Source of the DNA: Callorhinchus milii
Taxonomy: Eukaryota
Direction: 5' to 3'
Assembly (NCBI RefSeq): GCF_018977255.1
Contig: NW_024704742.1
Span: 82,276,001-82,340,000, forward strand
Length of the DNA: 64,000 bases
The notes beneath the pieces were generated by a model. That model was not told the origin of the DNA. It searched no databases and was given only the letters and a program-made list of their open reading frames with translations. The position numbers were made by a program, and so were the translations under genes. Of this stretch, positions 12,546 to 24,652 are shown piece by piece. Positions within the stretch are counted from its first letter, which is position 1. Each line of letters starts with the position of its first letter.

Positions 12546-15500
12546 TAGAAGCTATTAATTACAAACAATTGGGCAAAATAAGTTATTGAATATAGAATTT
12601 CAGAATTGGTCATAAGTGTTTATGATTGGGGGAGAGGGAAATTACTCGAATCGATTATTTTCTTTATAAGTTTGCTTGTCAAATCCATTTGTTCGTATAT
12701 CTACAGCACACAGTATACTCCACTTCATGAAACATTGTCTAACAGCAAACATAAACGATTATACTTTTTTTAAAATAGATTTGTGCACTCCTGTCTTGAT
12801 CTGTCTTTTTGAGCTGATCTATCATGTTTTTTTTGAAGGGGGAGGAGAATATCATTGATTTAATAAAGATAATGAAGTGTTCAGTGTTATAGCTTGTGCT
12901 TATTTCCTCTCTCGCACAAATAGGCTTACAGAAATAAGAAAGTGGGCTTCATGTCGGGGTAATCTTTGCACTATTTTAGGAAGTGGTCAGTTTTATGGGA
13001 TTCAAAAATGTTCTGATTTTGAGTATAGTTTTCTTATAACAGTAATTTTATATTTGGTATAACGTATTTCACATTGGGCAGAAATGTCAAAATACTTCAA
13101 AGGATATGCTGTGAAGCACAATGACTGTATTTTATTGGTGAATACAGCAAATATATCTTTGGGTATTTGCTGATATCTTTACATGATGGATTCTCACAAG
13201 GGAAGTTTTACAATGTAATGTGATTGAGGAATCTTCATAGGAGCAGGAGAATATGATTCAGGCTGTCGATTCTACCATTAAGTCCATAACAACTCTTTAA
13301 TTTTGTTTCCTCTGCCTTTTCTCAATACTCCTCAACAATCTAACAATGTCTCTGTCTTGAATGCCCCTCTATTTGTTCAGCATCTGTGTTATTTTTGAGG
13401 CAGTTCAACCTATGTTCTTAAGACTCTTGAGTGTGAAGAAATTTATTTTGGACTCCTGTTCATTGCCTTACCTCTAATTATAATGCTGTGTCCTCATGAC
13501 ATAAACCACACGTTTATTCACTTAACCACAACTGCATGATGGAGTTAAAAGGTAATATGTCAGGATCTGGGATCATGCCCTTGATTACTTGCATGGTTGT
13601 GATCTTTATAGCTCTTCCCTCAGGAGAAGTTGTTCAGTGATAATGGTTTTCCCAAAAGGAAAGAAAATGTAAAGCAAATCTATCCGAAACTCCTCTCAGT
13701 TGTGTCCTGCTAAACAGTTGAACAGAAAGCTTGAAGCAGATAATCGCCACCCTTGACTGTCCACACCACTTGGATGCCAATAAAGAAAGAAAGGATATGC
13801 TTTTTAGAAGTAAAGTGAAGGGAACTAATTGCTATCATTAAAATAATAATAATAATAATAATAATCCTTACATTTGGTACAGCAAATTTCAGTTGAATGT
13901 TTGTCTCAAAACACTTCACAACATATACTGTAACGTGGAGCGACTGTATGTTTTGAAACATCTACAAAGATGAAAATCAGCCACTGGGATACTGTTACTA
14001 CAAAATAAGATATTGTTCATTTTGTCATTTGCAACAAGTACCATGAGTTTTTCTGTGTGATATTTCTGATGCAGAGGACATTAGATATATATTATATTTC
14101 AGGGATTCACATGATGTTGGTAGAATGCTTTGCTTATCAAATTTCACAAGTTGGAGTTCTGTCTTGTCTTCACAAAGAGAAGTGTGTTGTACTAACTGTA
14201 TTGAGATACCTTTATAATTCTTTTTGCAGCTTTTGATTGATTCACCTTCAGTACATTCAGACCGCTGAATATTGAATGCATGGCTAAATTAACCCCATTT
14301 TTATAATTAATTATCTATGTGATTCAACGGAAGTGCAACACTTATTTTTAATTGGCAATATTATAAATCTGATTATAAAGGAACAAGGTTATTTTTTGTT
14401 TTACTACAGAAACAACAATAATAATAATCTTTGCATTTGATGTAGATCTTTTCATTGCATCAAAAAAGTGCTTCACAGGAATTATTGCAAAGTGTATGTC
14501 GGTGCATTTGCCCATGACTGCACAATCAGCCCACTTTACAAAATATCCTGTGAAACAGTTTGAAACGTCCTCCTGATGTAAACAGTGCTACATCGACTGT
14601 AAGGATTATTATTTTTAGATGAACAAATCATGTTTAAACAAGAATATCTTTCAACTGAGGATTCCTGATAAACTTGCAGAACAAACCTCAAAACCTTACA
14701 AAGTAAATTTTCCCGTTCCCAATATAACAATCCTTAACCTGATTAGCACAAAATAGCACAATGTTAACTTTCTCTGAAATCTTTTTTTTTGTTTTCTGAA
14801 TAAACACAGCCTTAATATCTACAATCAACATAGGTTTAAAGTTGCAAAAGGCAATTTCAGTCCAGATACCAGGACGTTTTTCTTTATGCAGAGTAATCAA
14901 CCACTGGAACAGGTTAGGTGGTAGGACATGAGAGCTCAAAGCATCTCAATGCCATAATGAAGGGACGGTAGGGTGGGTATTTTGGAAGGATGAGATCAGA
15001 AGTGTTGAAGGACCTGAACTGATCTTGTCATCTTGTGGGAAGCTCCATATTAGTTTGTGTCTTCTTGAACCAAGAACATTCAATATAAAGAGTAGCATTT
15101 GCTCAAGTTCTTTATGTGGACCCAGTAACAGCACAACTAAAAGGTGATAGGAGTTCTGATTGTTGTGAACTTATCACGGATGAACTCTTCAGCTCTTTTC
15201 AAGAAATGGCAAGGAGTCTGCATTTGGATTCCATTTCTTATCTTTCTTCTTACTTGCACTCGATAAATGAAAATCTCAGATATTTAGAAGTTATACCTAT
15301 GAGTTCCATTCAACCCATTGATCTGTTCTGCATGGATTCACATGGACCACAAAGCTCCTCCATCTATAATTCCACAGGAATCATACACTGATAGGGAGGT
15401 GCACCTTGGCTGTTTCCTGCAACTCAACAGTGGGTTAAAAGTGGGATAAGATCCAGAATCGTGTTTTCAAATCCTCTGCAGATTATTTTTAAAATCTGAG

Positions 15501-15636
15501 CATCGAAAAGTTATCCAGTTCTCATCCTGATCCATTCATGCATAGCCAGCTAATAGGTTTCCTGTTAACTTTTCAAGCATTGCAGTTCTATTGAGCTCAA
15601 TGTATTTTTAGCTAGCCATATCAAATGCAAAGATTA

Positions 15637-18600
15637 TCCCTTTGAGCACCTCACCCTCAACCATCCCTCCTCTCTCTCCATCAAAATCCTCCTAGTTTAT
15701 CGCCCCCCCAAACTTCCTGGCTCCTTCCTCAGTGATATCTCCTCTCTCCTCTGATCCGTGTCCCTCTGCACTGAACACCTGCTCATAATGGGTGATTTCA
15801 GTCTCCACCTAAACTCCCCTTGTACCACCTCCTCGGATTTCACTGCCATTCTCTCCTACCTAAACTTCACCCTGCACATCTACTCATTGACTCACAATCA
15901 TGGCCACTACCTCAACCTCATCATGGCCTTGACAGTTCCAACCTGTCAATCATGGATGACAACAACAACAAGATTACATTTGTATAACGCCTTTCATGTC
16001 GGGAGGACGTCCCAAGGCGCTGGACCGTGTCCAGCATTTCAGACTCAAGCAGGAGTCAGGGGGGAAGAAGAGAGGGGAGGGGAAGGGGGGTGGCCGATGC
16101 TATGGTCAAATAGGGGGGTCTTGAGGTGGGACTTGAAGGAGGCGAGGCGGAGTGATTGGGGGATTGAATTCCAGAGGTTGGGGGCAGAATGGCTGAAGGC
16201 TCTCCCGCCAATGGTGGGGCGGGTGGAGCAGGGGACGCGGAACAGGTCAGAGCCAGCTGAGCGGAGGAAGCGGGCGGGTTGATAGGGGGATATGTGGTCG
16301 CAGAGGTAGGGTGGGGCGAGGCAGTAGAGGGCTTTGTAGGTGAGGACCAGGATCTTGAACTGGATCCTCTGAAAGCCATCTCAGACACTTCCTCATCTCC
16401 CTCTCCTCCCTCATCCCACTCCCCTCTTTCAAAACCTCCACCATTTTTTTCCGCCCCCTGGATGAAGCTTCCCCCGAGTACCTCACAAATGCTCTCTCCT
16501 CCTTGGACCTCCTCTGCCTCTGGCCCTCCACATGCAGCGATCCTGATACAGCCATCAAGCTGCTGAATGACCATCTCTCCACAACCTTCAATTTCCGGGG
16601 TCCCCTGAAATCCAGGGTTATTTAAAAACCCACCCGCGCCCCCTGGTACAACAGTCATCTCCGCTCACTCAAAACACAAACCCGGATGCTCGAGCGCAGA
16701 TGGCAGAAATCCGGCCTCATGATTCACCGCCAGCTGTGGCTCGAGCACTTCCCACCTACTGCCTCTCCCTCTCATGGGCCAAGACTGACTTTTACTCCAA
16801 AGTCATCCTCAAGGCAAACAACAATCCAAAAACTCTGTTTTTCTCCGTCCATCACCTCCTCCGTGCATCCCCTCAAGCTCTCTCTATCCTCACATCAAAC
16901 GCCAAGTGTGAAGAGGTCCTAGACTCCTTTGCCTCAAAAATTGAAAACATGCACTTGGCTCCATTGTCCTCCCTCCCCCCATGTCCCCTTCCACCCTACC
17001 CAGACCATCCACACCGCCTTCTCCCTCCACCACGGCTCCTGCCACTTCCCCCTCCTTACACTCATTTGCCCCCGTTTCTCCCTCCTCCCTCTAAATTACA
17101 ATCACCCGGCTGAAATTCATCATCTGCTACCTCCCCACCCAGTTGCTGGTCACTCAACTACTCTTTCTCTCCACCCTGTTGGCCGACACAATCAACCAGT
17201 CTCTCTCCTCAGGCTCTGTTCCACTCCCACTAAAAAACACTGTCATCACCCCTCCTCAAAAAACCCACCCTCGGTCTCTCTAATCTCTCACACTACAATC
17301 ACATCTCCAACACACTCTTCCTTGCCAAAGTCCTGGAATGCATTGTTGTAGATCAACTTCAGTCACACCTCTCCCTCTACTCCCTCCTCGACCCCTGCAG
17401 TCTGGTTTTCACGCTGTCCACAGCACAGAGACAGCGCTTGTCAAAGTCACAAATGACATTCTCTCTCTCTGTGACCAGGGCTCCCTCTGCCTCCTCGTCC
17501 TCCTGGATCTCTCTCCTGCGTTCGACACTGTCGACCACGCCATCCTCCTCCATCAGCTCTCCTCCTTTATCTACCTTAGTGAGACCGCACTGGCATGGTT
17601 TGAGTCCTACTTAACTAACCGCCACCATTTTATCTCAGCAAATGGTTTATCCTCCCACTCCCGACCGGTTACCTGTGGGTTATCCCAGGGCTCCATCCTT
17701 GGCTCTCTTCTTTTCCTTATCTATATGCTCCCTCTGGGTGATGTCATCTGCAGACACGGGGTAAACTTTCACTTGTATATGGATGATACATGGCCTTGAC
17801 ATTTCCAACCTGTCAATCATGGACGACAACAACAACAACAAGATTACATTTGTATAGCGCCTTTTAAGTCGGGAGGACTTCCCAAGGCGCTGGACAGAGT
17901 ACAGCCTCCTCCAGTACCAACTCCAGATCCTCCAATGTTCCATTATCTGGTCTGGCAGACATCAAGGCCTGGATGAGTGTAAACTTCCTGCAGCTGAATA
18001 TGGACAAGATGGAGCCGTACTCCTGGCTCCCATCAACATCTTCACTCCTGCGGATCTAAACTCTTGAACCTCCGTGGGCTCTCCCTTAGACTCACCGAAA
18101 CAGTGCTCAGTCTTAGCATCCAGTTCGAGGCATCCCAACTGTCCTTCCTCCCCCACATCCGGTCATTGAACAGGACTGCCTCATTCCACCTCTGCCACAT
18201 TGCCCGCTCTGACCTTATCTTAGTCCAAATGCAGCCGAAACCCTCATGCACGCGTTTGTCACCTCCCGCTTGGATCACTCAAACACATTCCTCACCGGTC
18301 TCCCCAGCTCCACCATTCACAAAACACAGCTGATTCAAAATTCTGCTGCCCACATACTGATCCAGACCAAACTCCGTACCCACATCTCTCTAGTTCTAGC
18401 CAGGCTCCACTGGCTCTCCATCACCGAACGGATCGATTTCAAGATCCTCACTCTCATGTTCAAACCCGTTCAATTTCTGGCACCTCCCTACCTCTCTGAC
18501 CTCCTCACTCCCCAATCCACCCTCCGCCCCACCATCGGAGGTCGTGCTTTCAGCCACTACATCCCGAAATTCTGGAATACTCTCCCTGAATTCCTCTTAC

Positions 18601-18757
18601 TTGTCCCCTCGTGCCCCTCTTTCAAGTCCCGCCTGAAAACGTTCCTGCATGTTCGTGCTTATTGCTACCTTCCCACGGCTCGGAGTCAGGCTCCAACACT
18701 GTTAAGCGGTCTGAGATGCTACCCTGCGTGGAGGGCTCTATATAACTGCAAGTTGTC
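15637..18757 (+). mobile_element. Long L2 LINE (endonuclease remnant to 3' tail type 2), frameshifted, with nested insertions
   Basis: LLIMGDFSLHLN (APE endonuclease), [73 protein letters not shown]; tail ctgagatgctaccctgcgtggagggctctata. Confidence 0.95.
15958..16371 (-). mobile_element. L2 3' fragment (tail type 1) nested in antisense inside the long L2
   Basis: (AAC)n then reverse tail cgcctttcatgtcgggaggacgtcccaaggcgctggac; the host L2 resumes at 16372 (aaagccatctcagacacttcc). Confidence 0.9.
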
Positions 18758-19479
18758 ATTTTCTCTCCTTCAGTTAGTGCGAGAGTTTGCTCCAGCTGAG
18801 TTCATCATCACCTCTGCACATTAACACATGATGATCGCAAGCATGTTTGTCAACACTGCTGAGGCAGGTGGATCAATTTTTATAAGAGAACGATTCCCCC
18901 CCCCCCCCTCCAAGCCTCGATTTGCATTCCCCAAGAGAATATTACAGAGAGGTCAATTCATGTTTTATACATGAATAGGTCGTTTGCCTTTTGACGTGCA
19001 AATAACATTGGGCCATGGCCTTTCGCCGCATATCTTGTCTGTATCGGCAAAAGTAAGCTTGAATATTCTTCATTTGGACTGGGCTGCAGGGCACTTACTT
19101 CATCACAGATTGGAAGGGCTGTGTCAACACTGCATCCTGCTCCTTCAGCAAATGAGTAATGATAAACCGCTATCACATTTTTCAAGGTTGAGTCTATTCT
19201 CATCGCTAGGAGTCTTAACAGTTTCACTGCACTAGGTGTATTTTAAATTTAGAAAATAAAACGCCCACAGCAGCAAAAATATAAAATGCAAAGAGCTCCA
19301 GGGAAAGAAAGGCAATAGGTAAAAAATGATATTTTAGAGGTGCATAGTTTTGGAATCCAAACTTTAGAGATGTGGGAAAAGTTTTATGGGAAGTGGAGCT
19401 AGAAAATCAGAGAAGATGCCACAGCAAACTATTTTGAAGGTTATTTTAAGGGAGTTGGGAGGAAACCCATGTCCTGTAA

Positions 19480-19803
19480 AACACTGAGGGAAGCTCTGCA
19501 TTGTTGGAGGTGCAGTACTTTCAATGAAACTTCAAACCGAAGGTCCCTTCCAACTGTTCAGGTGAACTTTAAAGATCTCGTGGCACTGTTGGAAAAGAGA
19601 AGTGAGTTTCTGCCAATGTTTTGGCCAACAATCCCCTAAAATAAAATTGTTCATTCACTTCATGGCTCTATGTGGAACACTGCTGCTTGCTAATTGTCTG
19701 CCTCGTTCATGTCCAAATACACATTCACTACATTTTACAGCAAATCCTGTGAAGAGTTTTGACAATGTGAAAGGCACTATATGAAATATAAGGATTATTA
19801 TTA
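19480..19803 (+). mobile_element. Deu-domain SINE (family B), partial
   Basis: ctgcattgttggaggtgc...ctgttcaggtgaactttaaagatctcgtggcactg...; tail aaggattatta. Confidence 0.75.
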
Positions 19804-20721
19804 TAATAATCCTTGCAATTGATATAGCACCTTATCATGACTTTGAGGCGACTCAAAAGCGCTTCACAGAATATACTTTATTATTGTAACTGATCAGAAC
19901 ACTGGCAAAAATGGATTGCCTCCAGAAACAACGATTTTCTGTTCATAGTATGGCATTCTTCAGTTACTTTCTCATAAACCAATGCAATAGCTTTTCAAGC
20001 GTATTGTCTGAAAAGAGAAATGAAGTCCACTTTGGGCTACATGGCTCTAACAGTGAATGTGAGGTCTGTTTACATCATTGCCACTTTGTTCATGCATTTT
20101 TGAGTGAGTCATTTTTGTGATCTCTTCTCAAATGCTGCCCTTTTTCCTCCACTCTTGTAGTTAGAAATGGCTGGGAGAAAACTTAGTCTCTTTCAATGAC
20201 AAATGGATGATACAGAACTTACCCTCAGGGGATAGCAAGGTCAAATTTGTGGCACTTCTTAACTGTTCATGGAAATGGCGAGTCATTCTCAGAATGGGAA
20301 GTATATCATTCTGACCTGCGGGAACTCCACTCTGAACTACTTTCAGAGCAAAATCAATGTGAACAAAATTGTGATGTTTCTCCACAAGGCTTCCCTTACT
20401 TAAGTTTGTCTTATGGTGTCATGCTTTGCCTGTTGATCATTTGAGGTGCTTATGGCTACCATTTGATTCACTGCTTGTGCCTTTCGTGAAGTTCTCTCTG
20501 TAGTTTTTCTCCACCTGTTCTGCACCAGCTTAATAAATTGCTGCCAACACATTGCAATTCCTAATGCACTTATTGGGATATCTGGTGTTGTAGGAGTACA
20601 CTATCAAAGTACATAAGAGGGGCGTACCTCTCCCAAGGTAGACCCAGAGAAGCAAGTGCAGAACTGTTTCAGTAGCCAATGTGGATAGACTAAGCAAATC
20701 AGACTGCTGACATTTACAGTA

Positions 20722-21304
20722 TGAGCAAAATACTGCAAATGCTAGAAATCTGAAACAAAAACGAAGTCGCTGGGAACACTCAGCAGGTCAGGCAGCATCT
20801 ATGGAGAAAGGAAAGTGAGTCAACATTTTGGGTCCAACACCCTTTGTCAGAACTGGGGCCTGTTGGGAGGGAGAGGCTTTTAAGGATTGAAGTCAATTCA
20901 CTTTACAGTCTATTCTGTGAATCGCTTTGAGACGAATAGAAGATGTGATAAGGCGCTATATCAAATGCAAGGATTATTATTATTATCGGAGAAGGGGGAG
21001 GCAGGGCAAGGAAGACAAAGGAGAAAATAGGGTAGAGGACAGGGGATGATGGGTTAAAGAGGAGTTGATGATGCAAAACAAATGGGAGGATTGCAACAAA
21101 ACAGGGGAATAGAGGTGTTAATAATGGAAAACAAATGGAAGGAATTGCAACAAAACAGGCAGAGCAGAGAGAGAAAAGGTGTGTCTTGGACTCAGATGAT
21201 GTGGTAATGGTCACAAAAAGTAAGCTGTTAGGGTCTGAAATTATTGAAATCAATATTGAGGCCAGGGGCTGTAAGGTCCCTAGCAGATAATTGAGGTGCT
21301 GTCC
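20722..21304 (-). mobile_element. Penelope-like element 3' remnant (GIY-YIG C-terminus plus terminal region), interrupted by a SINE tail at ~20890-20986
   Basis: Minus strand 21304-21228 reads QHLNYLLGTLQP/GLNIDFNNFRP*, compared with the EQHLI..LGTL.P.GLN..F end of PLE GIY-YIG domains. The terminal block aaaatactgcaaatgctagaaatctgaaacaaaaac...cagcaggtcaggcagcatct recurs at 56625-56710. Confidence 0.85.
20815..20856 (-). ncRNA. Degenerate minimal hammerhead ribozyme motif within the Penelope end (probably inactive)
   Basis: Minus strand agtt-CTGACAA-a-gggt-gttgg-accc-AAAATGTT-gact; the core CUGAnGA and GAAA each differ by one G>A change at a CpG. Confidence 0.6.
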
Positions 21305-21597
21305 ATTTACAGTATATTCTGCGACAAAATTTTCAGTATATTCTGTGAAGCACTATGAAATGACTCAAAGACGTGATAAGGTGCTTTATCAACTGCAAGG
21401 ATTATTAATATTATTTAGAAACCAAAGGACTCCCAAATTTTGCCATCAGAGGAAGAGATCCTCTACAAGTTGGCTCACAAATCAGCTGTTTGGTGAGTCC
21501 AGACTCTATTACTTTGCCTTCTTGCTGCCGAATGACAGTCGATTGAACATGTTATTCATTATTCTAGAGCATGCCTATTTGCCTGCAAAGTTCACAG

Positions 21598-22190
21598 TAC
21601 AACAACAACAACAAAATTACATTTATAGAGCGCCTTTCACGTCGGGAGGACGTCCCAAAGCACTGAACAGTCAGGTGTCGGGGCCCGAGCATGGGGGAAG
21701 GGTGGTGTAGGGGTGAGGGAAGGCAGAGAGGTGAGAGGCACGGTCGAAGAGATGGGTCTTGAGACTGGCCTTGAAGGAGGCAAGGGAGGAAGCGAGGTGA
21801 AGAGACAGTGGGATGGATTTCCAGAGTGTGAGGGCAGAGAAGCTGAAAGTCTGGCCACCGATGATAGGGCGGGTCGGGCGGGAGACGTGGAGCAGGCTGG
21901 AGCCTGATGAACGGAGGGTAGGTTGGTAGGGAGTCATCAGGTCAGAGAGGTAGGAGGGGGCAAGGCCATGGATCGCCTTAAATGTGAGGATGAGGATCTT
22001 GGACTCGATCCTCTGGGGGATGGGGAGCCAGTGGAGTCGGGCGAGGGTGGGAGTGATGGGGTCACAGAGCCTGGTGCGTGAGAGTACATGAGCTGCAGAG
22101 TTTTGGATGATCTGCAGCTTGTGAAGGGAAGAGTTGGGAAGGCCAATGAGGGAGTTCCCGTAATCGAGCCTTGATGTGACGAATGCGTGG
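21598..22190 (-). mobile_element. L2 LINE 3' fragment (tail type 1), well preserved
   Basis: TLRSSGSSLLHVSRPTRPIIGGQTFS..LWKSIP..FKASLKTHLF; intact tail hairpin and (GTT)n. Confidence 0.93.
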
Positions 22191-24336
22191 GTAATTACTC
22201 ACCTCAGTAATTACACTTTAAAGTAAATTCTTTGAAGCGTTTTGAGACATCCTCCTAATGTGAAAGTCGCGACATCAAATCTAAGGATTATTATCATTAT
22301 TATTGATATTTAATTACAGATATTTAGCAATGACAAAAAAAACACATTGGTTTTACGAAGAAATGTATCAACAAAACTATCATTGACATGCCAGCCGCAA
22401 GAATTCCCTTACCTGTATAATTAAAGAATCCTTTAATTATTCCTGTTTCATTAAGCTCCCTTTTTTTCTAAATCGGCAATCTCAATATTTAAACTAAATA
22501 AAGGAATGATTTCCTACCTCAAGTATTTTAATAATTGATGCGTTAATAGTTTTACTCAGGGCAGCAGTGGTGGTGGATTGTTGTATGTGAATAATTAAAC
22601 AGGGCATCCACAGGTCAGGTGAAATCATGGAGTGACCTGCATTTGCCTCCAGTGTCACACCCCTGGGTAAAGAGAGAAGAAATCCCAAGGTACTCGTATC
22701 TGGGAAGTTAATAATTCGAGTGCTGCTTAATTACGGCAAAACTGAGGTGCCAGCACTATTGTTACCCACTTATGCTTGTCAGAAGATGTGCTTTGCTGAA
22801 AGATTTCACAAAGATGCCACTGTGATTTACATATAGACGTAGAAGCAGGTAGAGGTGTAGCTGCAGCTGACATCCATTTTCAGAAATGGGTGTTGACATT
22901 TCTATAATAAAATTGCTGTTCCTGCAAATCTGTCAGTTTAGTGTTAGCCCAGCGCTGATTTCATTATATATTATAATGAATCACATTGCTGCCAGAGCAA
23001 TGTGATCCATGGGTTTCTAAGCGTTGGCAAGCTGTCACCAACTGGAAATTAGAGCAGCAGATGAGGATGGTGTAGTGTATAAAAAGCTTTGATAAAACTG
23101 ACCATTTGAGGTAATTACTTTGGAGGGGGTCAGGAGAGGGAGGGAATTCTCTTTTCCATTCATTTCTTTCATTCAATCTTTCCGTGGTGTAGGTCTGAGT
23201 AATTTCATTACAAATATTTGTGTGTGGATGTGTAATATGTACATCATTATCTTTGTGTGCTTGTGAATTTAACTGTAATTTTAGCAGTCAGATAATGACT
23301 TCTCTTTTTAAGTTTATTTTCAAAATTTAGTGTGTCCGATTCTTTTTTCTCTAATTTTTTGCTATAGGCCTCACTGCTCTGCACAGCCTCCTCTCAATGG
23401 GGTGTGGTTTAATATAGCCCTGACTGCCCTCCAGTCTCTAACAAGCTACTGGTCCAATGCTGCAGCTCTATCCACTGGATCATCCATTGGATAACATGAA
23501 TTGACTGGATCAACCAGACAATTGATTTTTATTGTTAATTTCATAATTTGACAAGAGACGTTTGAATGAAGAAGGCCTTCAGACCCATTTGATCTCATAC
23601 TTCCAAAATGCCCATCCTCCCTCTTCCAATTATGAAGAATCTTGCAGCACAAAACAGAAGGAAGTCACTCCCCCACTCTTACCGCATATCCCTGCAATAT
23701 TTTTCCTATTGAAGTACCTATCCAATTACCCTCTGAAAGCCACTATTGAATCTGCTGCCACCACCCTTTCAGACAGTAGCAACTATCCAGGTAAAAAAAA
23801 AGTGTCCGCTTTTCCCCTCTCGTTCTTTTGCCAACTATCTTAAATCTGTGTTCACTTTTGTACATCAATTAGACTGTTTGTTGTCTGTCATTTATGAGCC
23901 TGTTCACTTCATAAAATGCAAGAGTAGTTACAGCTCATGGTTTGAAGAGATTGCTTGTTCCGAACCGAGCACTTTTCCAGCTTCCTTCTTGCTTTATTTT
24001 CTATTTAATGTTCCACATTTGTTTAGTTTTTTATGCCAATTTTCATCCATTTCTTTTCTTGAATGAAGATCTTGACAAACGGCACCTTATATTACCCTGT
24101 TCCATGGTATCGGGCACCATACTTTACCAAGCAGCAATTTGACTGTGGAACTTGATACTGTTCCCACGCAGTATTTGGGGAGGGGTGGGGTGGGTGGGAG
24201 TTGTGGGGGTGGGGGCAACATGAAACAGAAGATATGAATCTTAACCTGGAAACTCATGATCTGCCTTTATTAAGTAAATCATCAGAGGGAGTTGTTCAGC
24301 TTTTGATGTTCTATTATTATGAGGTGTTGTTTTTGT

Positions 24337-24652
24337 GGAGTCCTGTAGCTCAGTGGTTAGAGCACTCGCTTTGCAAATGAGAGACCTGAGTTCAATTCCA
24401 GGCAGAGGGCGAAACCTTGGGCAAGTTTCCTTACTCCACACGCCTAATAATAATCCCTCCAAAACAAAGCAATAATAAATTGGTCATTTTCAATCTACGA
24501 CTGTTTGTGGGACATTCCTGTGCGCAATTGGCTGCCGCGTTCACCCACAAATATACAGTCAATTCACTTTACAGTGTGTTCTATGAAGCGCTTTGGGATG
24601 TCCTCCCCACGTGAAAAGCGCTATATCAAGTGCAAGGATTATTATTATTATT
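24337..24652 (+). mobile_element. SINE family A, short variant with L2 type-1 tail
   Basis: Intact tRNA-like head; junction ccacacgcc|taataataatccctcc; tail gctttgggatgtcctccccacgtgaaaagcgc. Confidence 0.93.

Noticed and set aside
20223..20340. Minus-strand exon-like segment ending in GG|GTAAGT
   Set aside because: The frame is open, but the peptide is unrecognised and the acceptor ambiguous; compatible with chance.
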